From positions 496,001 to 560,000 of the forward strand of contig JAPMXV010000043.1 of NCBI GenBank assembly GCA_026936335.1: 64,000 nt of DNA, written 5' to 3'. The notes beneath the pieces are model-generated. The model had not been told where the DNA came from. It worked only from the letters and a program-made list of their open reading frames with translations, and searched no databases. The translations under genes and the position numbers were made by a program. Positions 12,545 through 25,600 of this stretch are shown here, one piece after another. Source of the DNA: Mantamonas sphyraenae STR306 (Eukaryota; Protista; CRuMs). Position 1 is the first letter of the stretch; each line of letters begins with the position of its first letter.

Positions 12545-13362
12545 TTACTTTGTCTGGGCCTCCTTCTCCTCCGCACGCTTGGCCCAGATGCCCTTGTGCT
12601 TGGCATCCGAACGAGCCATACGCAGCGTGTAGAACGCCTTGGCGTTTGCCTCCTCTGCAGTGATCGCACGAGCCTTGATGCGCTTGCTCTGCTTGAACAC
12701 CGGGTTGGCCGAGTAGCGAGCCTGCTTGGCAGCAACCAGCTCCTCCTCGCTGCTGTCGCCCTTCTTCGGCTTGCCAGCCTTGCGCGGGAACAGCACCAGG
12801 TTCGCCTGGTACTCAGCCAGACGCTGTGCATTGCGCTGCAGCGAATCTGCGCTGCGGTTGCGGCGGCGGTGGTCCACAGCAATGCCAATCGTCTGCGCAA
12901 ACTTCGGCGAAATACCAGCCTCCTGTACATACACACACGCGCACATACGTCCCATTCCATGTCAGCCACTCTCCTCCATCCCATCCGTCCACCCATCTCC
13001 TCTCCTCTCTCCTCCTTCCCTCGCAAACAGCCTCGTTCTGCAGGCAAACCCCACTCTGAAAAAACCTGCATGCGCATGGCCGCACAAAAACACGCCCCTC
13101 CCTCTTCCCACACACGTACCTTGAGCTCCTCCAGCGTGAAACCACGTCCCAGGCGCACCTTGGTGTTGTATTTGTTGGTCGGGGCACGCACAAACGGGCG
13201 CAGAGCTCCGTCCAGCGGGCGCGGGGCCGTCTTGAGCGCCTTCTTCAGGCGGTTCACACGACGGCGCTTCTTGCCAGCCGGCTGGTCGAACCACGTCACC
13301 ACGTACCGCTGCCAGTACTTCTTGAAATGCCCGTTCGGGATCACGTTGTTGTGCTTCACCAT
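12545..13362 (-). CDS. RPL13: 60S ribosomal protein L13 (eL13), copy 1, one intron
   Basis: [53 protein letters not shown]. Confidence 0.95.
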
Positions 13363-13806
13363 TTCGGCTGTGTGTCCATCCGTGTGTGTGTGTGTCCTCT
13401 GTGTCAGAGCCCTGCTTTCTCCCCGCTCGGCTGATTTCGCCCCCCTCTCCCCCCCTCCAACGCCCTTTCTCCGCCCACACGTCGTTTCAACCACGCTCAC
13501 ACTGCCCACATCCATGTGTGCGTGTGTGTATGTGTGTCACAGTGGTTGGGGAGTACCACGGTGTGTATGGATCAACGTACAATGTGCTTGAGTTGTTGGT
13601 TTGGCTGGCGGGTTGTGCGCTGGCCCAGCAACACACACAAGTGTGCGTGTGCGTGTGCGTGCGTGTGCTATGCACTCAGAGCCCTCTTCCCCCGCACCCG
13701 TCGACACACGCACACACCATGCGTTTAGTCACGTTCTTCCACTGGGTGATCAGAGAGGAGGTGGTGCGCCGGCAAACCCAAGACACCCATCCACCCGACA
13801 ACAGCC

Positions 13807-15051
13807 ATGAGCAGCCGGTTGAACGACACCTTTGCGATGTCGCCGAAGAAGAAGATCACAAAGAAGCAGAAGGGTCGAAAGTCGTCGAACGGATCCGACC
13901 CACCCAAGGCTGGGGCGTACAAGATCCGCAAGGCCAAGGCGAGCGAGTTTCGCAAGTTTTACGAGCGTGGGGACCTGCCGATTGCAGTGGAACACCGTGC
14001 ACTGGGCAACAAGATCCAGTGGAAGGTGGAGATCAGCAAGCTGGACATGCACCACTACCTGCCGATCTTTGTGGACGGCCTGAGCGAGACGGCGCAGCCG
14101 TACAAGTTTCTGGCCCGGGAAGGGACGGCGAACCTGCTGGAGCACGGAGGGAGCAAGATCCTGCCAGGTGAGTGAGGGGAAGTGGGGGCAGGGATGGGGG
14201 CGTGGGACGGGACGAGGCAGGGGGGACTGTGGAATGGGTGTGGGGAGAATGGGACGGGGTGGAAAGCGAGGGAGAGGAAGAGAGCTGACGCAGAGCAACT
14301 GGGAAAACCACAGTGATTCCTCAGCTGATCATCCCGATCAAGCGTAAGTGAGGGTGTGGAGGAGAGGAGAGGCTGGGTTGGAGAGGGTATAGTGGGGTGA
14401 CGTGGAGGCAGTGTGTGTGTGTGTGTGTGTGTGGGAGGCAGGAAGAATGGGGTAACGGTCGTTTCTGACACTCGGGGAGGCGTGTGCGTACGTGTGGATG
14501 CTGTGTGGGGTGGACGTGTGTGTGTGCGTGTGTGTGTGTGGACTGTGCACAGGGGCACTGAACACACGGGACCCGGAGGTTGTGGCCAACATGCTGATTG
14601 TGATCCAGCAGCTGGTGTTGTCTGGAGAGATGATTGGCGAAGCACTTGTGCCGTACTACCGTCAGATTCTGCCTGTGTTTAACCTGTTCAAGAACAAGAA
14701 TGGTGAGTGTGTGGGGAAAGGGGCAGTAGCAGGGGGATGGGGGGTGGCATGAGAGGGAGAGGGAGAGGGAGGGGAGAAGAAAAGGGTGTGCTTGTGTGTT
14801 GATTGAGAGGGGACAAGGGACTGACAGGGAGTGAGGATGACACAACACGTGTGGGTTGGTGATGTGGACGTGGGACACGGACGAGTGCAGTGTCGACGGG
14901 CGACGAGATCGACTATGGGCAGAGGAAGCGGGGAAACCTGGGCGACCTTGTGCAGGAGACGCTGGAGTTGCTGGAGCTGCACGGCGGGGAGGATGCGTTT
15001 ATCAACATCAAGTACATGGTGCCGACGTACGAGTCGTGTGTGCTGGGATGA
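13807..15051 (+). CDS. PACRG: Parkin co-regulated gene protein (axonemal inner junction), copy 1, 4 exons
   Basis: [67 protein letters not shown]. Confidence 0.95.
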
Positions 15052-15248
15052 GCAGGGGGCGCCAGCAGGGAGCAAAGCGATTCAAACCAACCAGTTCGCT
15101 ATCGCATCACTTGCGCCACATCCGTTCTCTTGTGCCCACCGTTTGGTCATCCCTGAAACAATTCAATTCCATTGCTCGTTCTCCAAGCATCGTCTTTGCA
15201 CCCAGCCAGACGCGCATGGCCAAACAACGCAAACGCAAAAACCCATTG

Positions 15249-17065
15249 ATGATGCAGAAATCGACGGTGGTTGCGCTTGCCATGGCACTTCTGGTGTCCT
15301 ATGTGTATGCCAATGCGTTTGATGACTACATCAACGCCCCCGACCCGACGTACAACTACAAGCACGTGAACACTGTGCGCGGAGTGGGTGTGACCACGTA
15401 CAACCTGTTCCTGACGTCGCAGAAGTGGCTGACTGCCAATGACAGTGACACGCCCATCTGGACCCACTGGGTGCAGGTGTGTGTTCCGGACTACATCGAA
15501 CCTGGAGCCGATCTGGCCACCCTGTACATCGACGGCGGCCACACGGGCAACATCGACAACCCGCCCAAGGATCCCAACGTGCTGGTTGAGGGTCTCGCTC
15601 TCACCTCGCTGAGTGTGGTACGTTGCCAGTGCACAGCCAAATCCATTGCGCGCTGGCGGGCGTTGTCCCGCATGCTGCTCGGACCCTTTTTTTTTTGGCG
15701 AGATTGCTTCGCTGACACTCGCACACACCCAGTCGAGCACCATTCTGGCCATCCCGGACGAACCCATTGTGTTCACGAACGACCCTGGCCACCGTCGCAC
15801 AGAGGATGCCATCATCGCATACACGTGGTCGCACTTCATCAACAACACCAAGCAACCGAACTGGCTGCTGCGTTTCCCCATGTGCGTGTACTGCGGTGAA
15901 GCGCGCAAGGCGACGTGGCGGTTCGCCGCGTCCACACGCTGCGCAGGCCCAGCTGACACCATCACCGCGCACATCCCTCGCTGCGTGCACACTTTGCGCA
16001 CAGGACCAAGGCCGTTGTCAAGGCCATGGACTCGATCCAGGACTTTGTCAAGACGCTGAAGGACGTGCCGGCAGTGAACGGCTTCGTGGTCGCCGGCGCC
16101 TCCAAGCGCGGATGGTGAGTGTGTAGCAAGGATTGTGAGAGATACCCGTTGCGTACATGGCGTGTCGCTCACACACACACACGCGCGTGCTTCACAGGAC
16201 GACATGGACAACTGGTGCGATGGACAAGCGCGTCAAGGCCATTGTGCCGATTGTGGCACCGGTGGGCCATCTCGTGCAGAGCGTAAACGTGATGTGGCAG
16301 GCTTACGGCAACTGGAGCTTTGCTCTGGATGACTACCTGGCCATGAACGTGATGGAGTACCTGAACAAGCCCGTGTTCCAGGAGATGATGGACCTGGTTG
16401 CACCCATGGCGTATGTGGATCGCATGCTGTACCCCAAGCTGATGATCTGCTCGTGCGGTGACGAGTTCTTCATGCCGGATGCCCCCACGTACATGCTGCC
16501 CGAGTTCAAGGGCCCCATGTACCTGCGCATGGTGCCCAACGCCGAGCACTCGCTGGCGGGCCATCAGGCCGACGTGGCACTGACCATCCAGAACTTCTAC
16601 TGGGCTGTGCTCAAGGGCATCCCTCTGCCGCAGTACACGTGGACACGTGACGAGACCACGGGCGCCATCACGCTCAAGACCGAGACGACGCCGCACAAGG
16701 TCAAGATGTGGCACGCACACAACTATCAGGCACGCGACTTCCGCCTGATCACGTGCGCCGACCCCAAGGACCCCAAGTGCATCAACCCCATCTTCTGGGT
16801 GGAGACGGAGCTGCACGACCAGGGCAACGGAACCTATGTGGCCCACCAGCCCATCCCGCACAACAACGGCTGGGTGGCCTACTTTATCGAGCTCCAGTTC
16901 CAGATGTCTGCCGTGGGCCACCTCGACCCGATGAAGGTGACCACCGACGTGACCATCATGCCCAAGCAGCTGCCCTACCCGCCTTGCGGCGCCAACTGCG
17001 GCAACGACGGCGACGACGTCGCTCCCATGAAGCAGCTGTCTGTTGCTGAACCTCTGGATGAGTAA
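15249..17065 (+). CDS. Secreted PqaA/AprA-like alpha/beta-hydrolase-fold protein, multi-exon
   Basis: Signal peptide; LTSQKWL, RTEDAIIAYTW, RFPMTKA, VVAGASKRGWTTW, GDEFFMPD, PNAEH motifs of the PhoPQ-activated pathogenicity (PqaA)/Dictyostelium AprA family. Confidence 0.85.
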
Positions 17066-17400
17066 ACATTGGACAGCCTCGCCAATCCCAATTCAATCGA
17101 TCAGTGTGTGCGTGTGAGTGTCGCGTTGGCCTGACCACGAAAACAAACAGAGGTACGACCGAACACATGTGCTGATGACCACAAACACACACGCACGCAT
17201 ACGCACACGCCCGTGGACATTCATATCCTGGCCGACCTTGAGGCGGCGAATGTGTGTGTGTGTGTGTGTGTGTGAGCGTCGGAGCAGGTTGCAAATTGGC
17301 GAGAGGGAGCAGCATGCGCTTTTTGCCTGGTTTCTCGGCCCGCGTTTGGACGAAGGAGGACCCTGTGGGACTAACACATGTGCGCACATCCACACACAGA

Positions 17401-18295
17401 ATGTCGACCAGCGATAACAAGGTGCCGTCTGTGCAGTGCTTCGGCAGGAAGGTAAGGAGGCGAGGAGGCGTGCATGTGTGAGCAAAGCCAAGCGGGGCAA
17501 CCTGCGCTCCCAGGCGTGCTGCAGGCCGGCCACGGCCGAGGATGCTGATCAACAAGTTTGAGATCGGACGGACGACCCATGTGGTTGCCTAATGACCGAC
17601 TACCTTTCGATTTTGAGGCACGTGTGGCCCTGGCGCTGCGCTTGGCGTGGGAAAAACCCGCAAGCTGGGTTTTTTGCATGCGCACCTCGCTGTGTGTGCG
17701 GCCCACACCGCACGCCAGAGCCACACGGTCGGCATGCAGCCACGCACATGTGCGAGACGCATGTCACGCCATGGCGTGGGTGCCGTCGGACAGGGCGTGT
17801 ACAGTGTGATGCGTGCAGGGAGACGCGAGAAACGAGCGTGGACGCTGACGCTCCTCCGGCTCGTGCATTGGATTCGACTTTGTCCTTTTGCACCTCCCAC
17901 AGAAGAACGCCACGGCTGTGGCCTACTGCAAGCAGGGCAAGGGTCTGATCAAGATCAACGGCTGCCCGCTGTCGCTGATCACCCCGGAGATCCTCCGCTA
18001 CAAGGTGTTTGAGCCCATCCTGCTGCTGGGAGAGGAGCGCTTCGCCTACGTGGACATGCGCATCCGTGTGCGTGGTGGTGGTTACACCTCGCAGATCTAC
18101 GCCATCCGTCAGGCCATGTGCAAGGCCCTGATGGCCTTCTACCAGAAGTACGTCGATGAGCTCAGCAAGCGTGAGATCAAGTCCATCCTCATGAGCTACG
18201 ACCGTACGCTCATCGTCGCCGACCCGCGCCGCTGCGAGCCCAAGAAGTTCGGCGGTCCCGGTGCCCGTGCCCGCTACCAGAAGTCGTACCGTTAA
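17401..18295 (+). CDS. RPS16: 40S ribosomal protein S16 (uS9); intron 17452-17902
   Basis: VQCFGRK|[38 protein letters not shown]. Confidence 0.96.
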
Positions 18296-18393
18296 GGTGT
18301 TCTCATGGTTTCCGGGGACAATCAAAATGGAATGTGCTTTTCTCAAGCAACGCTCTTCGCTTTTGTTCTTGTTTCCCTGCTGGCGCCCCCTGC

Positions 18394-19630
18394 TCATCCC
18401 AGCACACACGACTCGTACGTCGGCACCATGTACTTGATGTTGATAAACGCATCCTCCCCGCCGTGCAGCTCCAGCAACTCCAGCGTCTCCTGCACAAGGT
18501 CGCCCAGGTTTCCCCGCTTCCTCTGCCCATAGTCGATCTCGTCGCCCGTCGACACTGCACTCGTCCGTGTCCCACGTCCACATCACCAACCCACACGTGT
18601 TGTGTCATCCTCACTCCCTGTCAGTCCCTTGTCCCCTCTCAATCAACACACAAGCACACACTTTTCTTCTCCCCTTCCTCTCCCTCTCCCTCTCATGCCA
18701 CAACCCCTGCTCCTGCCCCTTTCCCCACACACTCACCATTCTTGTTCTTGAACAGGTTAAACACAGGCAGAATCTGACGGTAGTACGGCACAAGTGCTTC
18801 GCCAATCATCTCTCCAGACAACACCAGCTGCTGGATCACAATCAGCATGTTGGCCACAACCTCCGGGTCCCGTGTGTTCAGTGCCCCTGTGCACAGTCCA
18901 CACACACACACGCACACACACACGTCCACCCCACACAGCATCCACACGTACGCACACGCCTCCCCGAGTGTCAGAAACGACCGTTACCCCATTCTTCCTG
19001 CCTCCCACACACACACACACACACACTGCCTCCACGTCACCCCACTATACCCTCTCCAACCCAGCCTCTCCTCTCCTCCACACCCTCACTTACGCTTGAT
19101 CGGGATGATCAGCTGAGGAATCACTGTGGTTTTCCCAGTTGCTCTGCGTCAGCTCTCTTCCTCTCCCTCGCTTTCCACCCCGTCCCATTCTCCCCACACC
19201 CATTCCACAGTCTCCCCTGCCTCGTCCCGTCCCACGCCCCCATCCCTGCCCCAACCTCCCCTCACTCACCTGGCAGGATCTTGCTCCCTCCGTGCTCCAG
19301 CAGGTTCGCCGTCCCTTCCCGGGCCAGAAACTTGTACGGCTGCGCCGTCTCGCTCAGGCCGTCCACAAAGATCGGCAGGTAGTGGTGCATGTCCAGCTTG
19401 CTGATCTCCACCTTCCACTGGATCTTGTTGCCCAGTGCACGGTGTTCCACTGCAATCGGCAGGTCCCCACGCTCGTAAAACTTGCGAAACTCGCTCGCCT
19501 TGGCCTTGCGGATCTTGTACGCCCCGGCCTTGGGTGGGTCGGATCCGTTCGACGACTTTCGACCCTTCTGCTTCTTTGTGATCTTCTTCTTCGGCGACAT
19601 CGCAAACGTGTCGTTCAACCGGCTGCTCAT
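18394..19630 (-). CDS. PACRG: PACRG, copy 2
   Basis: Exon-1 translation identical to copy 1, with synonymous differences (e.g. GCT/GCC, ACC/ACG). Confidence 0.93.
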
Positions 19631-20077
19631 GGCTGTTGTCGGGTGGATGGGTGTCTTGGGTTTGCCGGCGCACCACCTCCTCTCTGATCACCCAGTGGAA
19701 GCACGTGACTAAACGCATGGTGTGTGCGTGTGTCGACGGGTGGGGGGAAGAGGGCTCTGAGTGCATCGCACACACGCACACACACACACGCACACTTGTG
19801 TGTGTTGCTGGGCCAGCGCACAACCCGCCAGCCAAACCAACAACTCAAGCACATTGTACGTTGATCCATACACACCGTGGCACTCCCCAACCACTGTGAC
19901 ACACATACACACACGCACACATGGATGTGGGCAGTGTGAGCGTGGTTGAAACGACGTGTGGGCGGAGAAAGAGCGTTGGAGGAGAGTGGGAAGAGAGGGG
20001 GGCGAAATCAGCCGAGCGGGGAGAAAGCAGGGCTCTGACACAGAGGACACACACACACGGATGGACACACAGCCGAA

Positions 20078-20896
20078 ATGGTGAAGCACAACAACGTGAT
20101 CCCGAACGGGCATTTCAAGAAGTACTGGCAGCGGTACGTGGTGACGTGGTTCGACCAGCCGGCTGGCAAGAAGCGCCGTCGTGTGAACCGCCTGAAGAAG
20201 GCGCTCAAGACGGCCCCGCGCCCGCTGGACGGAGCTCTGCGCCCGTTTGTGCGTGCCCCGACCAACAAATACAACACCAAGGTGCGCCTGGGACGTGGTT
20301 TCACGCTGGAGGAGCTCAAGGTACGTGTGTGGGAAGAGGGAGGGGCGTGTTTTTGTGCGGGCCATGCGCATGCAGGTTTTTTCAGAGTGGGGTTTGCGTG
20401 CAGAACGAGGCTGTTTGCGAGGGAAGGAGGAGAGAGGAGAGGAGATGGGTGGACGGATGTGACGGAGGAGAGTGGCTGACATGGAATGGGACGTATGTGC
20501 GTGTGTGTGTATGTACAGGAGGCTGGTATTTCGCCGAAGTTTGCGCAGACGATTGGCATTGCTGTGGACCACCGCCGCCGCAACCGCAGCGCAGATTCGC
20601 TGCAGCGCAATGCACAGCGTCTGGCTGAGTACCAGGCGAACCTGGTGCTGTTCCCGCGCAAGGCTGGCAAGCCGAAGAAGGGCGACAGCAGCGAGGAGGA
20701 GCTGGTTGCTGCCAAGCAGGCTCGCTACTCGGCCAACCCGGTGTTCAAGCAGAGCAAGCGCATCAAGGCTCGTGCGATCACTGCAGAGGAGGCAAACGCC
20801 AAGGCGTTCTACACGCTGCGTATGGCTCGTTCGGATGCCAAGCACAAGGGCATCTGGGCCAAGCGTGCGGAGGAGAAGGAGGCCCAGACAAAGTAA
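20078..20896 (+). CDS. RPL13: 60S ribosomal protein L13, copy 2
   Basis: Same translated exons as copy 1. Confidence 0.95.
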
Positions 20897-21195
20897 AATG
20901 GGACACGGTTTTGTACGCCAACAGGAGGCTGAGCCGGGAGTTGATGTGTGTGGGTGTGTGTATGGGGTGGGTGGGTGGGTGTAGGAGATGGGAAAAGGGA
21001 AACCGCGGGTGTGGTTGGCTGTTGGCGTTGATTGGCAACGTTGTCTCGTTCTCTTGTGCACCCCGTCCCCTTCCATTCGTAGATCCGTAGACGTGGTGGT
21101 GTGCATCGTCGATTTACACCACGCCGCGAGAGGAATTCCTCACTCACAGACACTCTCTCACGCGTGTGTGTGCGTGTGTGTGTGTGTGTGTGGTG

Positions 21196-21297
21196 TCAGG
21201 AGAGGGCGACGCCGTCCTGGCCCGGATACCACTCGGCAGGGATTCCATCGCCTGTCTCGTCGCTGTGCTTGAATGAGTGCAACGTGCGAATCACTTC
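21196..21297 (-). pseudogene. Duplicated 3' fragment (last ~33 codons) of the peroxiredoxin-like gene
   Basis: EVIRTLHSFKHSDETGDGIPAEWYPGQDGVALS* at the duplication breakpoint; rest of the gene absent. Confidence 0.85.
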
Positions 21298-21360
21298 CAA
21301 CGCTGGACCTCGCCTGCACGAGTGAACCGCAGCTCGACTCAACCTCAAACTGATCTCCAT

Positions 21361-22618
21361 TCAGCGTTTTTTCCTATGTCCTCCCTCTTCCAATTTGGCC
21401 AACCTCTGCACCAGCTCCTGTTCCTTCTCTTGCAGCTCGCCAAGCATGCTTTCGCGCATGTGCTCCACATGTGCCGCCACAGCCTGTTCGACGATCTGGT
21501 TCACCTGTTTGGTCGTCAACGTCCTTTCCATGGCTTCGCGCAACGCCTGCTCCTTCGCCCTCTTCTCTTGCATCTCTGCCTCGTGTGCCCTTTGCCGTTC
21601 CTCCTCCTCCTCCTGTGCCCTGCGTTCCCGTTCCCGCTCTGCCTCCTCCTCCCGCGCTTTCTCCTCGGCAATGCGCTGCTTCTCTGCCACAATGGCGTCA
21701 ATCTCTTCCTGTGTCTTTGCCTCTGCCAGAGGCGCCATTGGAGGCACCGTCTCCACGTACACATGGGCCTCGTGCAGATCCACTTCCTGCTCGTTCGTAA
21801 ACACGTACTGGTACAGGTTGTAGTGGCGATAGTAACTGTGCGTGCGACGTCACCATGGGTGTGTACGTTGCGTCGTGGTGCGTGTGTGTCAGTGTGTCGC
21901 CTCTGCGTGCAGCAAGGTGCGCCGAAAGCAAACTCACTCTTTGGCCATGTACTCCGACACCAGCTTGACGTCGTTGTGGTTGAACACTGGCGATTCGCCA
22001 AGACTGTGTGTAATCATGAGACGCTTGAACAGTGCGTAGGACTCGTGCACAGGCCGTCCTGTGTGTGTGCGTGTGTGTGCGCGTGTGTGAGGCGGTGAGC
22101 AGGGGCAAGAGGTGGCCGTTGCAACGCCCTCGCGAAAACAACCTACCCTGCGACTGCTCGTGCAGGTACTTGACCATGGAGAACAGCGTGGCCGCTTTGG
22201 GTAGAGACAGTCCGTTGTCGTTGCAGAACATGAGTGTGTAGTAGCCCAGGTCGAGCAGGATGGAGTGCCGCAGATTCTCGTGGTAGTCCAACAACGCCAG
22301 GCACTCTGCCAGGTAGCGAATCGTCGTCGCTGCGTCTGCCGCCTCGCCCAGCTCCCACTCTGACATGTCATCGTACACGCTGTGCTGCTGTGCTGCCAAA
22401 AGGGCCGCCGCCGCCGCTGCCTCTGCCTCTTCCCGTTCCTTCTCGCTCTTCTTCTTGCCCTTCTTGCTCCTCGGCGATGCCGCCAGCAACGCCTCAGCCG
22501 TCACCTCGCTTGCTGCTGGAGCACGCCGTCCTGTCATAAGCTCCTGCACGTGGACCCATTGCTCCTCCGTCAGGTCCATGTGCAAGAAATCCAGCTCACT
22601 TGTGTCCACTTCCGACAT
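21361..22618 (-). CDS. CFAP119: CFAP119/CCDC189-like (flagellar central-pair C1a-32 domain) protein, multi-exon
   Basis: LLDLGYYTLMFC, SYALFKRLMITHS, VFNHNDVKLVSEY, YYRHYNLYQYVFT; coiled-coil C-terminus. Confidence 0.75.
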
Positions 22619-22674
22619 TTTCGTTGGTTTCCATTGTGCGCTGCACTCCACAATCCACAATGTCTCTCTCATCT

Positions 22675-25600
22675 TCAGAATGGCATGGCCATACCCATGC
22701 CACCCACCTTCTTTGGATCAAACTTCTTTCCTCCTCCGCTGCTGCTGCTGCTGCCGCCCAACATCGGCGACGAGTCGTCTGTCCCGTAGCTGCTCGTATC
22801 GCTCAGCGACTCCTCCAGAGGCTTGGCAATCGCTGCAGCTGCGCTCAAACCGGGCGAACCGGGCTGCCGCGCCTGCGGACGTCTTCCCTTGAGCCCCTTG
22901 GATGGCCGACGCACAGGCTTCTTGACAATCTCCAGCGGCTTCGACTCCACCTGCACTTCCTCCACCAGCGAGCTCTCCTCCTCCAGCGCCTTGCCCTTGC
23001 CCTTGCCCTTGCTCCCACTGCTGCTGTTGCCACCACCTCCCAATTGCACCTTGGCCACACCGCGCGAGCTGTAGCGACGCTTGTCCTTGCCTTTCTTGCC
23101 GTCCGACGAGCCGTCGTCGGAGGACGAGGACGAGGACGAGGACGACGCCTGTGCCTCCTGCAATTGGTTCAGCTTGTCCTTCAACTTGCCCTCCACGACG
23201 TCGTCGACGTACGACACGGCAATGCCGCCGATGTTGTCCAGCAGTTCGCCCGTAAACAGTTGCACTTGACGCATGAGGCTCTCCTGCAACAACAAAGTCA
23301 GCTCATCCTTGTCCAAGCCCTGGTGGGCGTCGTTGAGCACCTCCGTGAGCTCCTGCTGCACCTCGGCGTCCATGAGGCCGTCGCTGGAGAAGCCCTTTTC
23401 CTTGTCCGTCAACACGCCCACAATGGTGGACACCAACGCCTCGCTGCTGCTGTTCATCACCTTGAAGATGTCGTCGATGACAGGTGCCATCTTGTCGCGC
23501 ACCATGCCGGTCATGAAGCCGTGCTCGTACTCCTTCCACTCCTGCAGCGTGTCGATGACGTCGTCCTCCTTCAGCGCGTCCTGAAACAGGGACGAGCCAA
23601 TGCTGCTCTCGTCTGTGATGCGCATGCCAAACAGCAGCCGCTCACGCAGTTCCGCGTTGTGCAGATGGCGCACGTTGGCCACCTCTCGTCGAAGGCCTCC
23701 AAACGACCGTTGGTTGTTTTTCACAATCAGCTGGCTCATCTGGTTCAGCGCATCGATGACCTGCTCACTCATCACCTTGCTGGCGTCCTCCAGCGGCAGT
23801 GGCATGTGCGACAGCGTTTGGTTGCGTTGCAGGCCGTACAGAAAGTTGTTGAAGCCCTGATAGGAACATCCGTTGCCGTCCCACTGCAGCGACGTCAACG
23901 TGCGGTTGGTCTGCAGCATTTGTCCGATGGCAGCGCCACCTGTGTCACCCAGGCCGTTGTTCATCACATTAAGCTCGCGCAGAGTGTTGTTCACTGCGAT
24001 CTCGTTGATGAGCAGCTGGCACAGCTGCGTGCCCCACTGGTTCTTCTTGTCTGCGCCGCCGGCCAGGTGCAACACCTCGATGGGTGCCGAACTGGCACAC
24101 ATGCGCATGAGCGAGAGCAACGCCCGACCCTTGTTGTTCTTTTTGCTTGCTTCCTTCCAGCATCCGTTCAGGTAGACCTCGTGCACAGAGGCATGGTTGG
24201 TCAGCGCCGCAGCCAGCTCATGGATGCCCTCGTCGCCAATGATGTTGTCGCTGAGGTCAATGGAGCGCAGCAGCGTTGTCTCGGCAATGATCTCCGCTGT
24301 TTTCAGGGCGCCCATCGAGGTCAGGCCGTTGTTGCGTGCCTGCAAGCGCACGTTGGACACCTCCTCATTGGCCACCAGGGCGGACAGCAGCGTAACGTAC
24401 TGTTCGCTGTTCATGTTCATGTTGTCCATGGTCAGGGCGGTGAGAGAGGGCAACGACTGAAGGGCGTCGGCCACGTAGCCCACCTCCTTGGAAGTGATCT
24501 TGTTCTGGCTGATGTCCAGCTCGGCCAGCTGAGAGCAACCGCCCATCTTTGTGGCCTCGCTGAGGATTTCCCACTTTGGGGCACAGGCAATGAGGGCGAG
24601 CTTGGACACGGAGTTGCCCGAGGCCATAAACTGGCCCAAATGACCGCTGGCGTTGTTGTCCAGAGGCACGCCGGCGAGAGTGAGTTCCTGAAGGGCCATT
24701 GTGTGGTGTGGGTTGTTGTGGATGGCCTGGAGCAGGGCAATGGCGCCGCTCTTTTTGCAGTCGTTGCCCTGCAGGTTGAGGGTGTGCAGGCCGTGGGGCA
24801 TGTTGTTGATAAAGGTGGCCAGTGTGCTAAGGCTGCTGTTGTCCATGCCGCAGTTGACAATGCTCAACTTGGTCACCATCAGGTGTTCCGCATAGGTGAC
24901 GAGTCCGGACGTCAACGTGGCCCAGCCGGCCTTGTCGCCATCGACCGCCTGCAGCGTGATGGTGTCCAAAGAGCGACACCCATACAGGGCTTTGCTCACG
25001 GCGTCCATGATTTCGCCCTTGGCCTTGACGTCCACAAAGGACACGGAGCGGAAGTACTGGTTCATCCGCAGAGTGTGCAACAAGGCCACCGTCGACGCTC
25101 CCTGGAACTCGTTCAGGGTGAACTCGGTCACGTTGTTGGCGTGCAAACGAAACACATCGCTGGAACACGCACACGTGTGGTGTGGATACGTCGAACGGAG
25201 AGTCAGCGCACCTGACCCCTCTCGCGTCCCTCACACAAACACCCCCACACCCCTACACACACTCACTCTTGGATGCGCGGGTAGCAGTCGATGTTGAGGT
25301 AGTCGCACACTGCCGCGTAGGTTTGATCAAAGCCGCCACAGGGCTTGGGGGCTGTGAGAAGGCGTGGGTGGGCAAAACGGAGGCGTGAGGGTGGGTTGTG
25401 TCAGAGAACGCCGCGGTCCACGTTTTTTTGCGGATTTTTGAGCAACATACGCGGCGGGATGCTCAGAGGCATGCTGTGGACACACGAGAGAGGCACAAGG
25501 AACCGGAAATGGGCAGGTGTCAGCACCAAGGGCCAGCGAGGAGGAGGAGGAGACAGGGAGGGAGAAGTACGGGCGACAAGGAAAAAGGGCGCCCAAGGCC

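Larger units (their letters stand above)
12150..15071 (+). repeat. Arm 1 of ~2.9-kb inverted duplication (Prx 3' end, RPL13, PACRG)
   Basis: Near-identical reverse complement of 18374-21297. Confidence 0.95.
18374..21297 (-). repeat. Arm 2 of ~2.9-kb inverted duplication
   Basis: Reverse complement of 12150-15071 with scattered substitutions and indels, mostly in introns and microsatellites. Confidence 0.95.

Noticed and set aside
22600-25215. 871-aa plus-strand ORF
   Set aside because: Antisense shadow of the CARMIL-like exon
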